A stretch of 64,000 nucleotides of DNA from contig OZ251225.1 in assembly GCA_965240325.2 (NCBI GenBank), forward strand, positions 3,286,001 to 3,350,000. Direction: 5' to 3'. Source of the DNA: Rebecca billardiae RCC1528 (taxonomy: Eukaryota > Protista > Haptophyta). Shown piece after piece: positions 48,779 to 59,226 of the stretch. Made by a program: the position numbers and the translations under genes. Position 1 is the stretch's first letter; every line of letters starts with the position of its first letter. Below the pieces are notes generated by a model, which saw only the letters and a list, made by a program, of their open reading frames with translations, made no database searches and had not been told where the DNA came from.

Positions 48779-49462
48779 TCACCGCTGGTCAGATGATCTT
48801 GGCCGATATGCACAAACCTCGATCGAATACTCGACTGCTGCCTTGCTCGTCATATCGTCAGTGCCAACGGTGCCAGTGGTCCCATCTGACTCGGAGAGTG
48901 AGAGAACGACGCGGCCATCGACAGTGAGAGTGGCCTTCCCGCAGGTCTCAAGGTCATTACGAAAGCTCTCACGCTCAGCCAGAGGGGGAAGTCTACTGCA
49001 TGCCACGATGAATGCGCTCCTGACAGGCCTGCGGTAGCGCACAGTCCCGGCTTTGGCCACAAGCTCGTATCCGGCGTCTGCCAGGCCCACACGGCGCATC
49101 CACGAGCGCACCACATAGTATGAAGCGAGCACGCCAATCGAGTAGAGCGAGCCCGCAAAGGCTGTACCATGCACATTGACGTTGAGATGAAGGGGCGCAC
49201 GCAGCGACAGCGACTCGTCGTCCATCGCCTCGACTTCGATGCCAAGCAACCTTGCAGGCACCTGTGTGCCCCAGATGTGACCATCCGTCTCGCGTGCCTC
49301 GGCTGATAGTGCTGCGCCCTCGTGCCGGTGCCCACGATACCGTCGACGCTGTGACCACATATGCCCAACAGCGCCCACCGCGGCCCCGATGAGCGCACAG
49401 GTCAGGTGGACGAGACCGATGGACGCCAATGCGTGCACACAGTCCCGGCCGCTCGCCGCCAT
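48779..49462 (-). CDS. YiiD C-terminal-type hot-dog fold protein with N-terminal hydrophobic segment
   Basis: VPARLLGIEV...LRAPLHLNVNVHGTAFAGSLYS...VRYRRPV. Confidence 0.8.
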   Translation of the reverse strand: MAASGRDCVHALASIGLVHLTCALIGAAVGAVGHMWSQRRRYRGHRHEGAALSAEARETDGHIWGTQVPARLLGIEVEAMDDESLSLRAPLHLNVNVHGTAFAGSLYSIGVLASYYVVRSWMRRVGLADAGYELVAKAGTVRYRRPVRSAFIVACSRLPPLAERESFRNDLETCGKATLTVDGRVVLSLSESDGTTGTVGTDDMTSKAAVEYSIEVCAYRPRSSDQR

Positions 49463-50154
49463 CTCGAGGTGGCAGGATCGCCGGTGGCCGGCTGGCCGCC
49501 CCGGCGGGTCGCGATCGACGCCGCCGGACAGCATTGGCGCGTTAATCCGGGGCCGCCTGGCGTCCTCAGTCCGGCGGTCCGAATTCGTCAGTCTGAATCA
49601 GGATGATGATGATCGCGGCCGAGAGATTCTAGACGATGTAATGCTACCGCGTACATGCTGCTCTCTATAAACAATATGGTCACAATCGTAGTAGCCTGGC
49701 ACCGTCAGCGTAGTAACGACAGAGTCTCAGTGTCTCACAGTCTGTCACTGTCAGAGACAGTGAGTGTCGCGCGTCAGAGTTGCCGTCCGGGTCAGTGAGC
49801 CCGGTCAGGTCCGTTTACGTAGTACCAGGATAATCAGGATGCATGTCAGACAATCATCAGCAATATTCCGAATTATAATTCTCTCGATCACAACGGAAGG
49901 ACGATATTGCCGTCATTATAGTTCTGCTAATTGCTATCAATAGTTGACAGACGACGAGGGTCCTTCCCATGAGCCTGCCGCCTCAGCCGCAGCGAGCTGC
50001 TGCCTGACACTGCCCGCAGCCGTCCGTCCATCCGCCCATCAGGCATCGGACTCCCGAGACCGTACCAGTCAGAGCGTACATATCGACGGCACATGGCTAA
50101 CTGTTCGACGGATAGACTGAAGCGGCGCGAAACCAACTGTACGTGGCAACGCGC

Positions 50155-51630
50155 TTACAGGTTTTCGAACGAGCTGCTGAGCTTCGACCATTCGGGCGTG
50201 AGGACGACGATCATGACGCCGCCAAGGAATTGTAGCACGGTGGCCTTGAAGATGCCCATCCCCGAGAGGCCAACGAGGTCGAAGCTGAGCGGCAGCGTGG
50301 ATATTGCGGCTCGCACCGTGCGCCATTCGCCGCATAGGCCTTGCGTGGCGGGCGCCACGCCGTCCACACCCGGGAGGTAGGTGGCGAAGGAACGGCGGAT
50401 GCACGCATGACTTGCGTCGCGCACGGCCGAGCCCAGTTGCACCAGCCCGGCGCTCACGATGAGCTGCCGCACGAGCGTGAGCCAGCCCGTCGAGAGCGCA
50501 AACACGAGGTCCTCGAGCTTCCACGGCATGAACCCCACGGCCACGCCTCTCGCCTGCCAGTCCACGCGCCAGTCGTCGGGCAGCACGTCGGCGCTTGGCA
50601 TGCGCACGTACAGCGCCTGCACGATCAGGAGTGTCGAGCCCGCGAGGTCACCCAGCAGCAGCACCATGAGCGGCACTTGCCACGCGCGCGCCTTCGAGGT
50701 GAGCTGGCCGTGCAGCAGCAGCTGCAGCCGGACGAAGGCACTCGGCTCGGCCTGCCCGCACGCCGCCGACTCGGCCATGCCGTTGAGGATCTGCGCGTAC
50801 GCCCGTGTGCGCAAGTAGAAGATGGCGCAGCCGAGCGTCACGCCGCCGCCGCACCACAGCTGGATCCAGCGGTGGCAGAAGCGCGAGAGGTACGAGTTGA
50901 CCGTCATGTGCCGCCAGTACCACACCGGGCCGTCGAATCCAGACGTGCCCAGCGCGGTGAACGAGAAGTTGAAGGCGCTCGTGAGCACGGCGACGGCCAG
51001 CATCGCCTGGACATCCTTGCGCCCGACGACCGCGGCTGGGTCGGGCTCCTCGGAGGGCTCCCGACGGAAGGCGACGCTTGCACGGACGAGAGGGCTGCGC
51101 GCGGGCTCATCCGACGATCGATGGGCGCCCGTCAGCGCATGCGCGCGCGCGCGCGTCTGGAGCACGGTCAGAAGAGGCAGGTCGCGCGGGGCTGTGACGG
51201 AGAAGAGGCCGAAGGACAGCAGCATGCCCAGCCGTAAAAGAAAGATCCCAAGGAAGTGCAGTCCATTTGGGAACGAGGAGAGGCGGGCGCCCGCGTAGGG
51301 CAGGCTGAGGATCGCGTTGGCTGGCCATGTGTAGCCCGTAGCGAGTGGCTGTGGATTTGACGAGCAGTCGTACGCGAGGTCGTTGATCGTGATCAGCGTG
51401 AAGCTGATGGCGTTGAGCACATTCACAACAACGCACCACGCCCGGGCGGGCCGCGACGGTGACTGCAACATCGCCGCGAGACCGTGGGCCGCGAGGATGA
51501 ATCTCAAGAGACCCATCATCGGCCTGGTGACTCGATCCTGGACGTATGCATCGACGGGCTCTTCTCTGTCGCTCCGCTCTCGTGTGGACGGAAGCATCCG
51601 CGACGACACACTGTCGGCTGCAGTCGCCAT
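50155..51630 (-). CDS. Polytopic (~7TM) membrane protein, gustatory-receptor-like/DUF3537-like
   Basis: About seven hydrophobic helices; C-terminal LPLSFDLVGLSGMGIFKATVLQFLGGVMIVV resembles the split TM7 of 7TM ion channels. Confidence 0.5.
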   Translation of the reverse strand: MATAADSVSSRMLPSTRERSDREEPVDAYVQDRVTRPMMGLLRFILAAHGLAAMLQSPSRPARAWCVVVNVLNAISFTLITINDLAYDCSSNPQPLATGYTWPANAILSLPYAGARLSSFPNGLHFLGIFLLRLGMLLSFGLFSVTAPRDLPLLTVLQTRARAHALTGAHRSSDEPARSPLVRASVAFRREPSEEPDPAAVVGRKDVQAMLAVAVLTSAFNFSFTALGTSGFDGPVWYWRHMTVNSYLSRFCHRWIQLWCGGGVTLGCAIFYLRTRAYAQILNGMAESAACGQAEPSAFVRLQLLLHGQLTSKARAWQVPLMVLLLGDLAGSTLLIVQALYVRMPSADVLPDDWRVDWQARGVAVGFMPWKLEDLVFALSTGWLTLVRQLIVSAGLVQLGSAVRDASHACIRRSFATYLPGVDGVAPATQGLCGEWRTVRAAISTLPLSFDLVGLSGMGIFKATVLQFLGGVMIVVLTPEWSKLSSSFENL

Positions 51631-51738
51631 CGTTGATACGTTGATTATTTTGGACTCTTGGTTTGTTTTTTCCGAGTCCGGCCCGCCACGCCGCCGCGAG
51701 GCCGGACACGTGCGCACGGACGCCGAGAGGCAGCCAGC

Positions 51739-52488
51739 ATGGTGTGCGCCCTCCATGCATAGGTCGCTCGGCGCCCGGGCGCACTCGCCTGCTCACGCTC
51801 GCGGTGCCCCTCCTTGCGCTCCGCGCGTGCCACAGGCGAATCGCACGGATCCCACCGCCCAGACGATCCATGGCACTAATCCGCAATACCTCGTCGAGAA
51901 GATCCTGCGCACGAAGATCTACAACCATCCATACTGGAAGGAGCACTGCTTCGGACTGACAGCCGAGACGCTGATCGACCGCGCGATCACCCTCAAGTAC
52001 ATCGGCGGCAGCTACGGCGGGGCGAGGCAGCCAACGGAGTTCATCTGCCTCGTGCTCAAGATGTTGCAGATCCAGCCCGAGCAGGAGATCGTGCTCGAGC
52101 TGCTGAAGAATGAGGACTACAAGTACGTGCGCGCGCTCGGCGCCTTCTACCTGCGGCTGACCGGCCGCGCGGTCGACGTGTACCAGTACCTCGAGCCGCT
52201 GTACAACGACTTCCGCAAGCTGCGCAAGCGCCTCCCCGAGGGCGGCTACACCATCGTGCACGTGGACGAGTTTGTCGAGGACCTGCTCGACGCGAGCTCC
52301 AACTACGCGCTCGACATCGCGCTGCCGACGCTGCCCAAGCGCGAGCAGCTGGAGGCGAGCGGCCAGCTCGACGGGCCGCGGGTGAGCGCGCTCGAGGACG
52401 AGCTCGATGACGAGAGCGAGAACGAGGGCGCAGACGCCGATGCCGATGCTGACGCAGGCCCGTCAGGAGGCATCCCGCCTGGAGAAGG

Positions 52489-52527
<39 letters not shown>

Positions 52528-53035
52528 GCCGCCGCCACCGCCAGCTGAGCGCCCCGGCGCGGCGCGCCCCGACGATCTCGAGCGCGAGCAGCACGAACCC
52601 GGAGCACGGGCGGACCGTGGCTGGGGCCAGCCTCCGGAGCGCTCGCGTGATGAGCGCGGCAGGGGCAGCAGGGATGAGGGCGCGCGAGAGCGCTCGGCTG
52701 AGCGCGGCAGGGGGGCTGGAAGCAGCCGCGACGACGCAGATCGGTTCGACCGAGGGCGGCGGGAGGAGGGCGGCTGGCGCGAGGGCCGAGGTCGCGATGA
52801 GGACTTCCGCCGGTTCGACCGCCGCGACGAGAGGCGCCGCGATTACGACTACGATCGCAGGCGCGACGATGGGCCTCGACGGCGGTACGACGACGACGAC
52901 GATCGCGATCGTCGCGGGGCGCGGCATGACTCGGGCCGCGGGCGGGGGAGCCCACCGCCACCACACGCGCGAGAGGGCTCGGGGCGCGAGCGCCACGGCG
53001 GCAGTGGCTCGGGACCCGGGGATCGGCGAGATTAG
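51739..53035 (+). CDS. PRP38: Pre-mRNA splicing factor PRP38A; ATG-only first coding exon, intron 51742-51835
   Basis: M|ANRTDPTAQTIHGTNPQYLVEKILRTKIY...YWKEHCFGL...FICLVLKMLQIQP; RD/RS-rich tail. Confidence 0.95.
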
Positions 53036-53251
53036 AGAATGCGCGCCCCTGTGTCGATGAGCGCGCGCAGTGTGAATCAGCATCGCAGAGCCCGACGATG
53101 ATGACTTGCTTCGGCGAACGGTGCGTCGATCTGAACATCGCGCGCCCGATCGCGCGATTGATTTTGGCCGCCGCCAACGATGGCGTCCGCCCGAGCGTCG
53201 TAGCACTGGGCGTGAGGAGGGACTGGCGGAACTTCGCCGTTCGCCGTACGG

Positions 53252-54574
53252 ATGGCCGAGGCAGACGATGACGACGCGTATGCATGGGAGCGGCGGTACG
53301 AGCGGACGTGGGAGGACATCACCGTCGCCAAGGACGGCACCTTGCGCGTGCGGCAGGCCGAGGGCACCGACTGGCGGCTGCAGCGCGCGGCCATCCCGCT
53401 TGACGCCAGGCGCGGCGTGATCCGTCACGTGCTCATCGTGTGGGACATCTCGCGCAGCGCGGGCGGGATGGACGGCGACCTCAAGCCGTCGCGCGCCCTG
53501 GCGGTGTGCACCGCCCTCACTAAGTGGGTGGAGGACTTCTTCGATCAGAACCCAATCTCGCGGCTCGGGATTGTGCTCGTCGGCAGAGTGAAGGACAGTG
53601 TGAGCGGCGTGGAGCGCGAGCTCGAGGCGGGCGCCGAGCTCTGGTCGCAGCTCTCGAGCAGCGCGGCCGACCACGTCCGCCGGCTGCGCGAGTTCGCCGA
53701 CAGCCCGCGGACCGAGGGCCTCTTCTCGCTGCAGAACGCGCTCGAGCTCGTGAGCGCGGTGCTGATGCCGATGCCCGCGTACGGCACGAAGGAGGTGCTG
53801 CTGCTCGTCTCGTCGCTGGCGACGTGCGACCCTGGGGATGTGATGGCGAGCATCCGCCGCGTGGAGGAGATGCGCGCGCGCTGCTCCGTGCTCGAGCTCC
53901 AGGCCGAGACGCACGTGTGCAAGGTGCTCGCGCACCGCACGCGCGGCCGCTTCGCCGTGATCTGCGACTTTGCTCACCTGTGCGAGGAGCTGCGGGAGCA
54001 CCTCACGCCGCCGGCGGTCACGAAGGGCGCGGGCACCATGGAGAACTGCCTCGTGCAGATGGGCCTGCCGCCGCGCTCCACCAGCCTCGCGCCCAGCCTC
54101 TGCGCGTGCCATGGCGAGCTGACGCACACGGGCCACGCGTGCTCGCAGTGCGGCGCCAAGCACTGCCAGCTGCCGACCTGCTGCGTCGTGTGCGGCCTCA
54201 CGCTCGTCTCGTCCTTCCACCTCGCGCGCTCGACGCGCCACCTCTTCCCGCTCCCGCCCTTCGAGCGCGTGCGCGGCGCGGAGGAGGCAGCGGCCGCGGC
54301 AGCCGGCGGCGCGGCGCAAGGCGCTGCTGCTGAGCCGATGGACACGGACGCAGCCGCTCAGCTCACCATGTGCGGCGCGTGCTGGGAGGAGATCGACGCG
54401 GACGACGCGCGCTGGCGGTGCGAGCGGTGCAAGCTGGAGTTCTGCGAGACGTGCAACCGCTTCATGCACGACGTGCTCAATAATTGCCCCGGGTGCGAGG
54501 CGCTCGGGCTTGTGCTCGCCAACGACGACGGCGCAGACGCCCCACAGCCCGCCGACTCGACACGGGGAACGTGA
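53252..54574 (+). CDS. GTF2H2: TFIIH subunit p44/SSL1
   Basis: YAWERRYERTWE, vWA domain (FFDQNPISRLG, SLQNALE, LATCDPGD), C4 zinc finger, HLARS, C-terminal RING-like HDVLNNCPGC. Confidence 0.95.
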   Translation: MAEADDDDAYAWERRYERTWEDITVAKDGTLRVRQAEGTDWRLQRAAIPLDARRGVIRHVLIVWDISRSAGGMDGDLKPSRALAVCTALTKWVEDFFDQNPISRLGIVLVGRVKDSVSGVERELEAGAELWSQLSSSAADHVRRLREFADSPRTEGLFSLQNALELVSAVLMPMPAYGTKEVLLLVSSLATCDPGDVMASIRRVEEMRARCSVLELQAETHVCKVLAHRTRGRFAVICDFAHLCEELREHLTPPAVTKGAGTMENCLVQMGLPPRSTSLAPSLCACHGELTHTGHACSQCGAKHCQLPTCCVVCGLTLVSSFHLARSTRHLFPLPPFERVRGAEEAAAAAAGGAAQGAAAEPMDTDAAAQLTMCGACWEEIDADDARWRCERCKLEFCETCNRFMHDVLNNCPGCEALGLVLANDDGADAPQPADSTRGT

Positions 54575-55494
54575 ACGACTGCCAAGACTCAAAAGCGGTG
54601 GCGGTTGGGCCTTACAGTAGCAGCAGATTCATGTGCGAGCAGCAACCAGACGCGCCCGCAAGGTTGCTTCGTTGACGACTCCGATGCTTGTGCAACGCGT
54701 GCAATCGCGTGCAATCGTCGCAATCATCGTCGCGATGACGAGAATCATGTCTGGTCTGAATGTACGTACTGTAGCTACCGGCGGACGTTAATATTATAAA
54801 GTTTCGGTACGAGCACAGTACCCGTACGGTCGGCATCGTACAGTGAGCAGCGCTACATGAAGACGATCCGGACGGCTGGCAACGCATCGGCTTATTACTG
54901 TCACTCGCCTCGATGGGGCGTGGGGCCGCGTCTGGCCCTGCTCACAAGGTGTTTGTGTTCGAGGCAGGCAAAGGCCCTGTGCCACATCCGGGGTAGGTGG
55001 GCCGTGGGCAGCCAGGGGCTGGCGGCAGCCGAGAGGGGCCGCTTTCCCCCGCCCCCGCTGCTGCGATGGCGGCGGGGGTGCGCTGCTTGCCTCTGCGGGC
55101 GAGCAGCGCGCAGTTTACGCCGGGCATGTGGACCTGCCCACCCTTCATCTTCCAGTTCTTCCCTTTGGCTGGGGCTCGATCAGTCGACGCGGCGTCGCTC
55201 ACAGCGCAGGCAGGTGTTTGGCGCGGCTGCACTCTCGAGGTGGCTGGGATACGACATCCAGGTGCAGCACCCTCCCCGTGTGGTGTCAGAGCGCGCTCTC
55301 GAGCGCGTGCCTCCGAGCGCGGGGCGGCCGCTTGCTGCAATGGCCGCCTCGATGAGGTGCGGCAACGCGCCCCTCACCTCCCTGCGCCGGTCTTACCAAT
55401 AATATTGTGCACATCGGTAATTTTAAAACTGAAGAAGTCCCGTGCGTTTTCGTATCCCTCCCCATCGAGGACGAGAGCGAGCAACACAAGCGCG

Positions 55495-56844
55495 ATGCGC
55501 GCTTCCGCATGGCGGATTCTCGCCTCCGACGACGACGCGCTCGCGTGCGTCGTTGCACGCGTACCCGACGACTACCTGATCGCGGCAGCTCTCACGTGTC
55601 GCTCGATGCACGCTGCTGTGCGTGCGACTGTGACCGATACGAAGACGATGTCCACATCTTATCGAGCCATGCTTGCCGCGCCTACGCCCTTCGTCATGTG
55701 GGCATTTGCGCGCGGCGGCGCTCCTCGTGAGTGGGCTTGCGAGTTGGCTGCATCTGTGGGGCATCTCGAGGTGCTGCGGTGGGCGCAAACGCAAGGCCTG
55801 TTTGAGCAGACGTCTGCGCACATGTGTGCATATGCAGCGAAGGGAGACCAACTCGAGGTGCTTCAGTGGCTGCGTGCACAAGACCCGCCGTGCCCCTGGG
55901 GCGAGGAGACGTGCAACATTGCCGCGCGTGAAGGCCATCTTGAGGTGCTCCAATGGCTGCGCGCGCAAGACCCGCCGTGCCCCTGGGACGAGCGGACGTG
56001 CGAGTGCGCCGCAGCTGGAGGCCACCTCGAGGTGCTGCAGTGGATGGACGCAGAAGGCCCGCCTTGTCCCTGGGACGAGGAGACGTGCAACAGTGCCGCA
56101 GTGGAAGGCCATCTCGAGGTGCTCCAGTGGCTGCGCGCGCAAGACCCGCCTTGTCCCTGGGACGAGCGGACGTGCTACGAAGCCGCAGCTGGAGGCCACC
56201 TCGAGGTGCTGCAGTGGATGCGCGGGCAAGATCCGCCTTGTCCCTGGGACGAGGAGACGTGCTACAGTGCCGCAAACACGGGCCATATCGAGGTGCTCCA
56301 GTGGCTGCTTGCACAAGACGACGCGCAAGTAGTCCCCTGGGACGAGGAGACGTGCACATGGGCCGCGGATGGAGACCAACTCGAGGTGCTCCAGTGGCTG
56401 CGTGCGCAGGACCCACCGTGCCCCTGGAGCACGCAGACTTTTGCCACTGCTGCATATTCAGGTCGGCTCGAGATGCTCCAGTGGCTGCGCGCGCAAGACC
56501 CGCCGTGCGCCTGGAACGCAGGGGCGTGCGGCAGTGCCGCACGTGGAGGCCGTCTCGAGGTGCTGCAGTGGCTGCGCGCGCAAGACCCACAGTGCCCCTG
56601 GGACGAGCAGACGTGCACCCACGCCGCAAGTGGAGGCCATCTCGAGGTGCTCCAGTGGCTGCGTGCGCAAGACCCACCGTGCCCCTGGGACGAGCAGACG
56701 TGCAACAGAGCTGCACGTGGAGGCCGTCTCGAGGTGCTGCAGTGGCTGCGCGCGCAAGACCCGCCATGTCCATGGAACAGGCAGGATTGCACCCGCGCCG
56801 CAAAAGATCATCCAGATGTACTTCAATGGCTGCGTGTAAACTGA
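55495..56844 (+). CDS. F-box-like + ankyrin-like (CPWD...GHLEVLQWL) repeat protein, copy 1 (449 aa, ~13 repeats)
   Basis: 29-aa repeat PCPWDExTCxxAAxxGHLEVLQWLRAQDP; N-terminal DDALACVVARV...AALTCRSMHAAV F-box-like segment; intronless. Confidence 0.85.
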   Translation: MRASAWRILASDDDALACVVARVPDDYLIAAALTCRSMHAAVRATVTDTKTMSTSYRAMLAAPTPFVMWAFARGGAPREWACELAASVGHLEVLRWAQTQGLFEQTSAHMCAYAAKGDQLEVLQWLRAQDPPCPWGEETCNIAAREGHLEVLQWLRAQDPPCPWDERTCECAAAGGHLEVLQWMDAEGPPCPWDEETCNSAAVEGHLEVLQWLRAQDPPCPWDERTCYEAAAGGHLEVLQWMRGQDPPCPWDEETCYSAANTGHIEVLQWLLAQDDAQVVPWDEETCTWAADGDQLEVLQWLRAQDPPCPWSTQTFATAAYSGRLEMLQWLRAQDPPCAWNAGACGSAARGGRLEVLQWLRAQDPQCPWDEQTCTHAASGGHLEVLQWLRAQDPPCPWDEQTCNRAARGGRLEVLQWLRAQDPPCPWNRQDCTRAAKDHPDVLQWLRVN

Positions 56845-56940
56845 AGCAGAAGGCGTGCTCGAGCGTGACACGTGCGTGCATTAGAAGGTTTTATAAGTGC
56901 CACTCCCAGCATATTTAATTATGTCGTCAGGTAATTATTA

Positions 56941-58691
56941 TGGCCCGCGGTGCAGGGCGGAGCGCGCAGCGTGGCTAGCCCGCTCCGTGGGCACTAACCA
57001 CGTTAACGTTTCAAAAAGATCTTTGATCAATAAAGAAAAAAGGGACGGGGGACGATTTTCAGGGCTGGAGGAGACCGAATTTCGAATTTTGAGACCGCAA
57101 AGAGACATCCATTAGCGAGAAATGGGCACGTCCGGCTTGTTTGTATTCAGAGGAATCAACGAAACCCACGTCCAAGTGTGCGAGGGTGGGTAATTGTGGG
57201 TAGACTGTGACCATAGTAAATAAGCACATGACCATAGTAAAACAAGCCTCGCTGCCGCTACTAGGCGCGCGCCAGACACGGAGCGCGCGCACCAGTTGCG
57301 TCGCGCTGCGCACGGCCACGGAGCATGCGCGACGAGATTGCGGCGGGGGCGGCGAGATCGCGGCGGGGGCGACGGGCAACAACCTGCCCGCGGGCGCGTT
57401 CGTCACTCGAGGAGCAGCGCGCAAGGGCGAGCCGAGTCCGGAGCACGCGAGCTCGTCGCTCGCCGCCCGGAGCAGAGCGCGCCGCTGCGAGCAAGCGGCG
57501 CGGCAGAGCTGATGAGCCGGATGCGCCCGGAGCTCGCGCGGCTGAAGGGCGAGCTCGAGCACGCGAGCTCGCGCCTCGACGCCGAGCGCGAGCTCCTCCT
57601 CAACTCGGTCGACGGCGGCGCGGAGGTGCAGCAGCGTGAGGACGAGCAGGAGCATCAGTGAAACGCGCGCCGGTTCCGGGTCGCGCAGCGGTGCCCAGCT
57701 GCCTGCCACGCGAGCGGCGGCCACGTGGCGCGAGGAGCTGCGTGGGGAAATCGCCGCGCGCGTCGACGCGGCGATCACCGGGCTGCAGGCCTCGGCAATC
57801 GACGCGGTGCGCACCCTCGCCGCCAGCCGCGACGACTCCGCCGTCGAGCTGCAGCAGCTGCGCGCGCAGATAGATGCCAGAAGTGCCGATGGGCCCGTTG
57901 GGCGGCGGCGTATCAGCAGGCTGACGTGCACGAGCACGTGACACGCGGAGGCGCTAGGCGCCAAGCTGGCGAAGTGCGGCGCCGAGCTCGACGAGCTGAG
58001 CGACGCGGCAACGGACGCGCTGGGCGCCCGCGCCGCCATCGTCGCGGCGCCCTCCAGCAGCTCGAGCAGCTGTGGATAGTTGGCCGTCGAGGCGACCGCG
58101 GGTGTGACTCACTCACAGTGTGAGTGAGCCGGCGCGCGGCTCAGCCTGCCGCTGGCAGCCGCCGTCTTCGAGGCCGACGCGGCGGAGGAGGCGGCGGGCG
58201 AGCACGGCGGCGCGGTGGAGCAGGCGCGCACGCGCGGCGGCAGGCGCGACGCGCCGCTCGCCTCGTTCCACCGCCCCGAGCTCCGCTCGGTCGGTCTCGG
58301 TGCGAGGCTGCGCAGCCGGCAGGCCGGGGCCAGCAGTGGCGCGCGCTCTCGCTCTGCCGGCACGAGCGACCAGCGGCCCGTCGTCGAGCGCATGGCGCAG
58401 GGCGAGTACCTCAAGCAGGTGCGCCCGCTCGCGCGCACGCGCCGGCTCGCGCCGCGCCAGCGCCTCTCGCCCTGCCTGCGCGCGCGCGCCGGCCGCTAGT
58501 CCCCGCGGCGGCCCGCGGACCCGCGGCGACAGTCCTCGGCCCGCCGGCCCGGTGGGCGGCAGTGACTGAGTTGGCGGTGGCAGCTCAGGCGAACTGTTAC
58601 ACATGTCAGACTGAGACAGCAGCCGACGGAGGGTGCGCCGCGGGCCCCGAACTACGTTCGTTCTACGGAAAAAGACCGCGGAACGCGGTCA
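56941..58691 (+). mobile_element. Family A element, copy A3, carrying unrelated GC-rich gene-like cargo
   Basis: Same 5' end and terminal hairpin as A1/A2; sits within a (TTA)n tract; interior not homologous to A1/A2. Confidence 0.8.
57250..58560 (+). pseudogene. Fragmented coiled-coil coding sequence inside element A3
   Basis: Broken GC3-rich ORF pieces (ELARLKGELEHASSRLDAERELLL; WREELRGEIAARVDAAI...ELQQLRAQID) separated by stops and frameshifts. Confidence 0.45.
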
Positions 58692-58961
58692 TTATTATTA
58701 TTATACAATCTTATAATTCTTGCATATTATTCGTCATCATTGAAGTTTTAGAACTCAAACTGAGTCGCATCGGCTGCTACTCCTAGCTGGTCCTAGGCGC
58801 ACGCCTCTTTGCTCGAGCGCGCTTTTCGTCAGCAATAATAAGGCGTGCTCGAGCGTGACACGTGAGCGCATAATATAGCAGCTATCGGATTGAATCCATA
58901 ATACTTATAAAAACATTTAATTCGCGACGATCATCACTGTGGTCATGGGTTCAAACCCCCA

Positions 58962-59056
58962 GTTTCCAGGTCTCTCTTCGGAGAGCGTGCGATGAAGGAT
59001 GGCGCGGCAACCTGCCACCGTGAGCCTTACGCACGTTAAAACAAATAAACTGTAGC
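58962..59056 (+). repeat. 95-bp dispersed structured repeat, copy 2 (SINE-like)
   Basis: Identical to the reverse complement of 19829-19923; preceded by B-box-like GGTTCAAACCC; A-rich tail. Confidence 0.9.
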
Positions 59057-59226
59057 TACCGGCGGACGTTATTCCTCTGTACAATGCACAGTACCCGTAC
59101 GTACGGTCGGCATCGTACAGTGAGCAGCGCTACATGAAGACGATCCGGACGGCTGACAACGCATCGGCCAAGATCGGCTTAGTCCCGTATTCCCCATCGA
59201 GGACGAGAGCGAGCATCACAAGCGCG

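Noticed and set aside
58941-58961. tRNA gene
   Set aside because: Only a T-arm/B-box-like fragment; no cloverleaf
58986-59035. SECIS-like ATGA...TGAG stem
   Set aside because: Lies upstream of genes rather than in a 3' UTR; no in-frame UGA selenoprotein nearby; geometry imperfect
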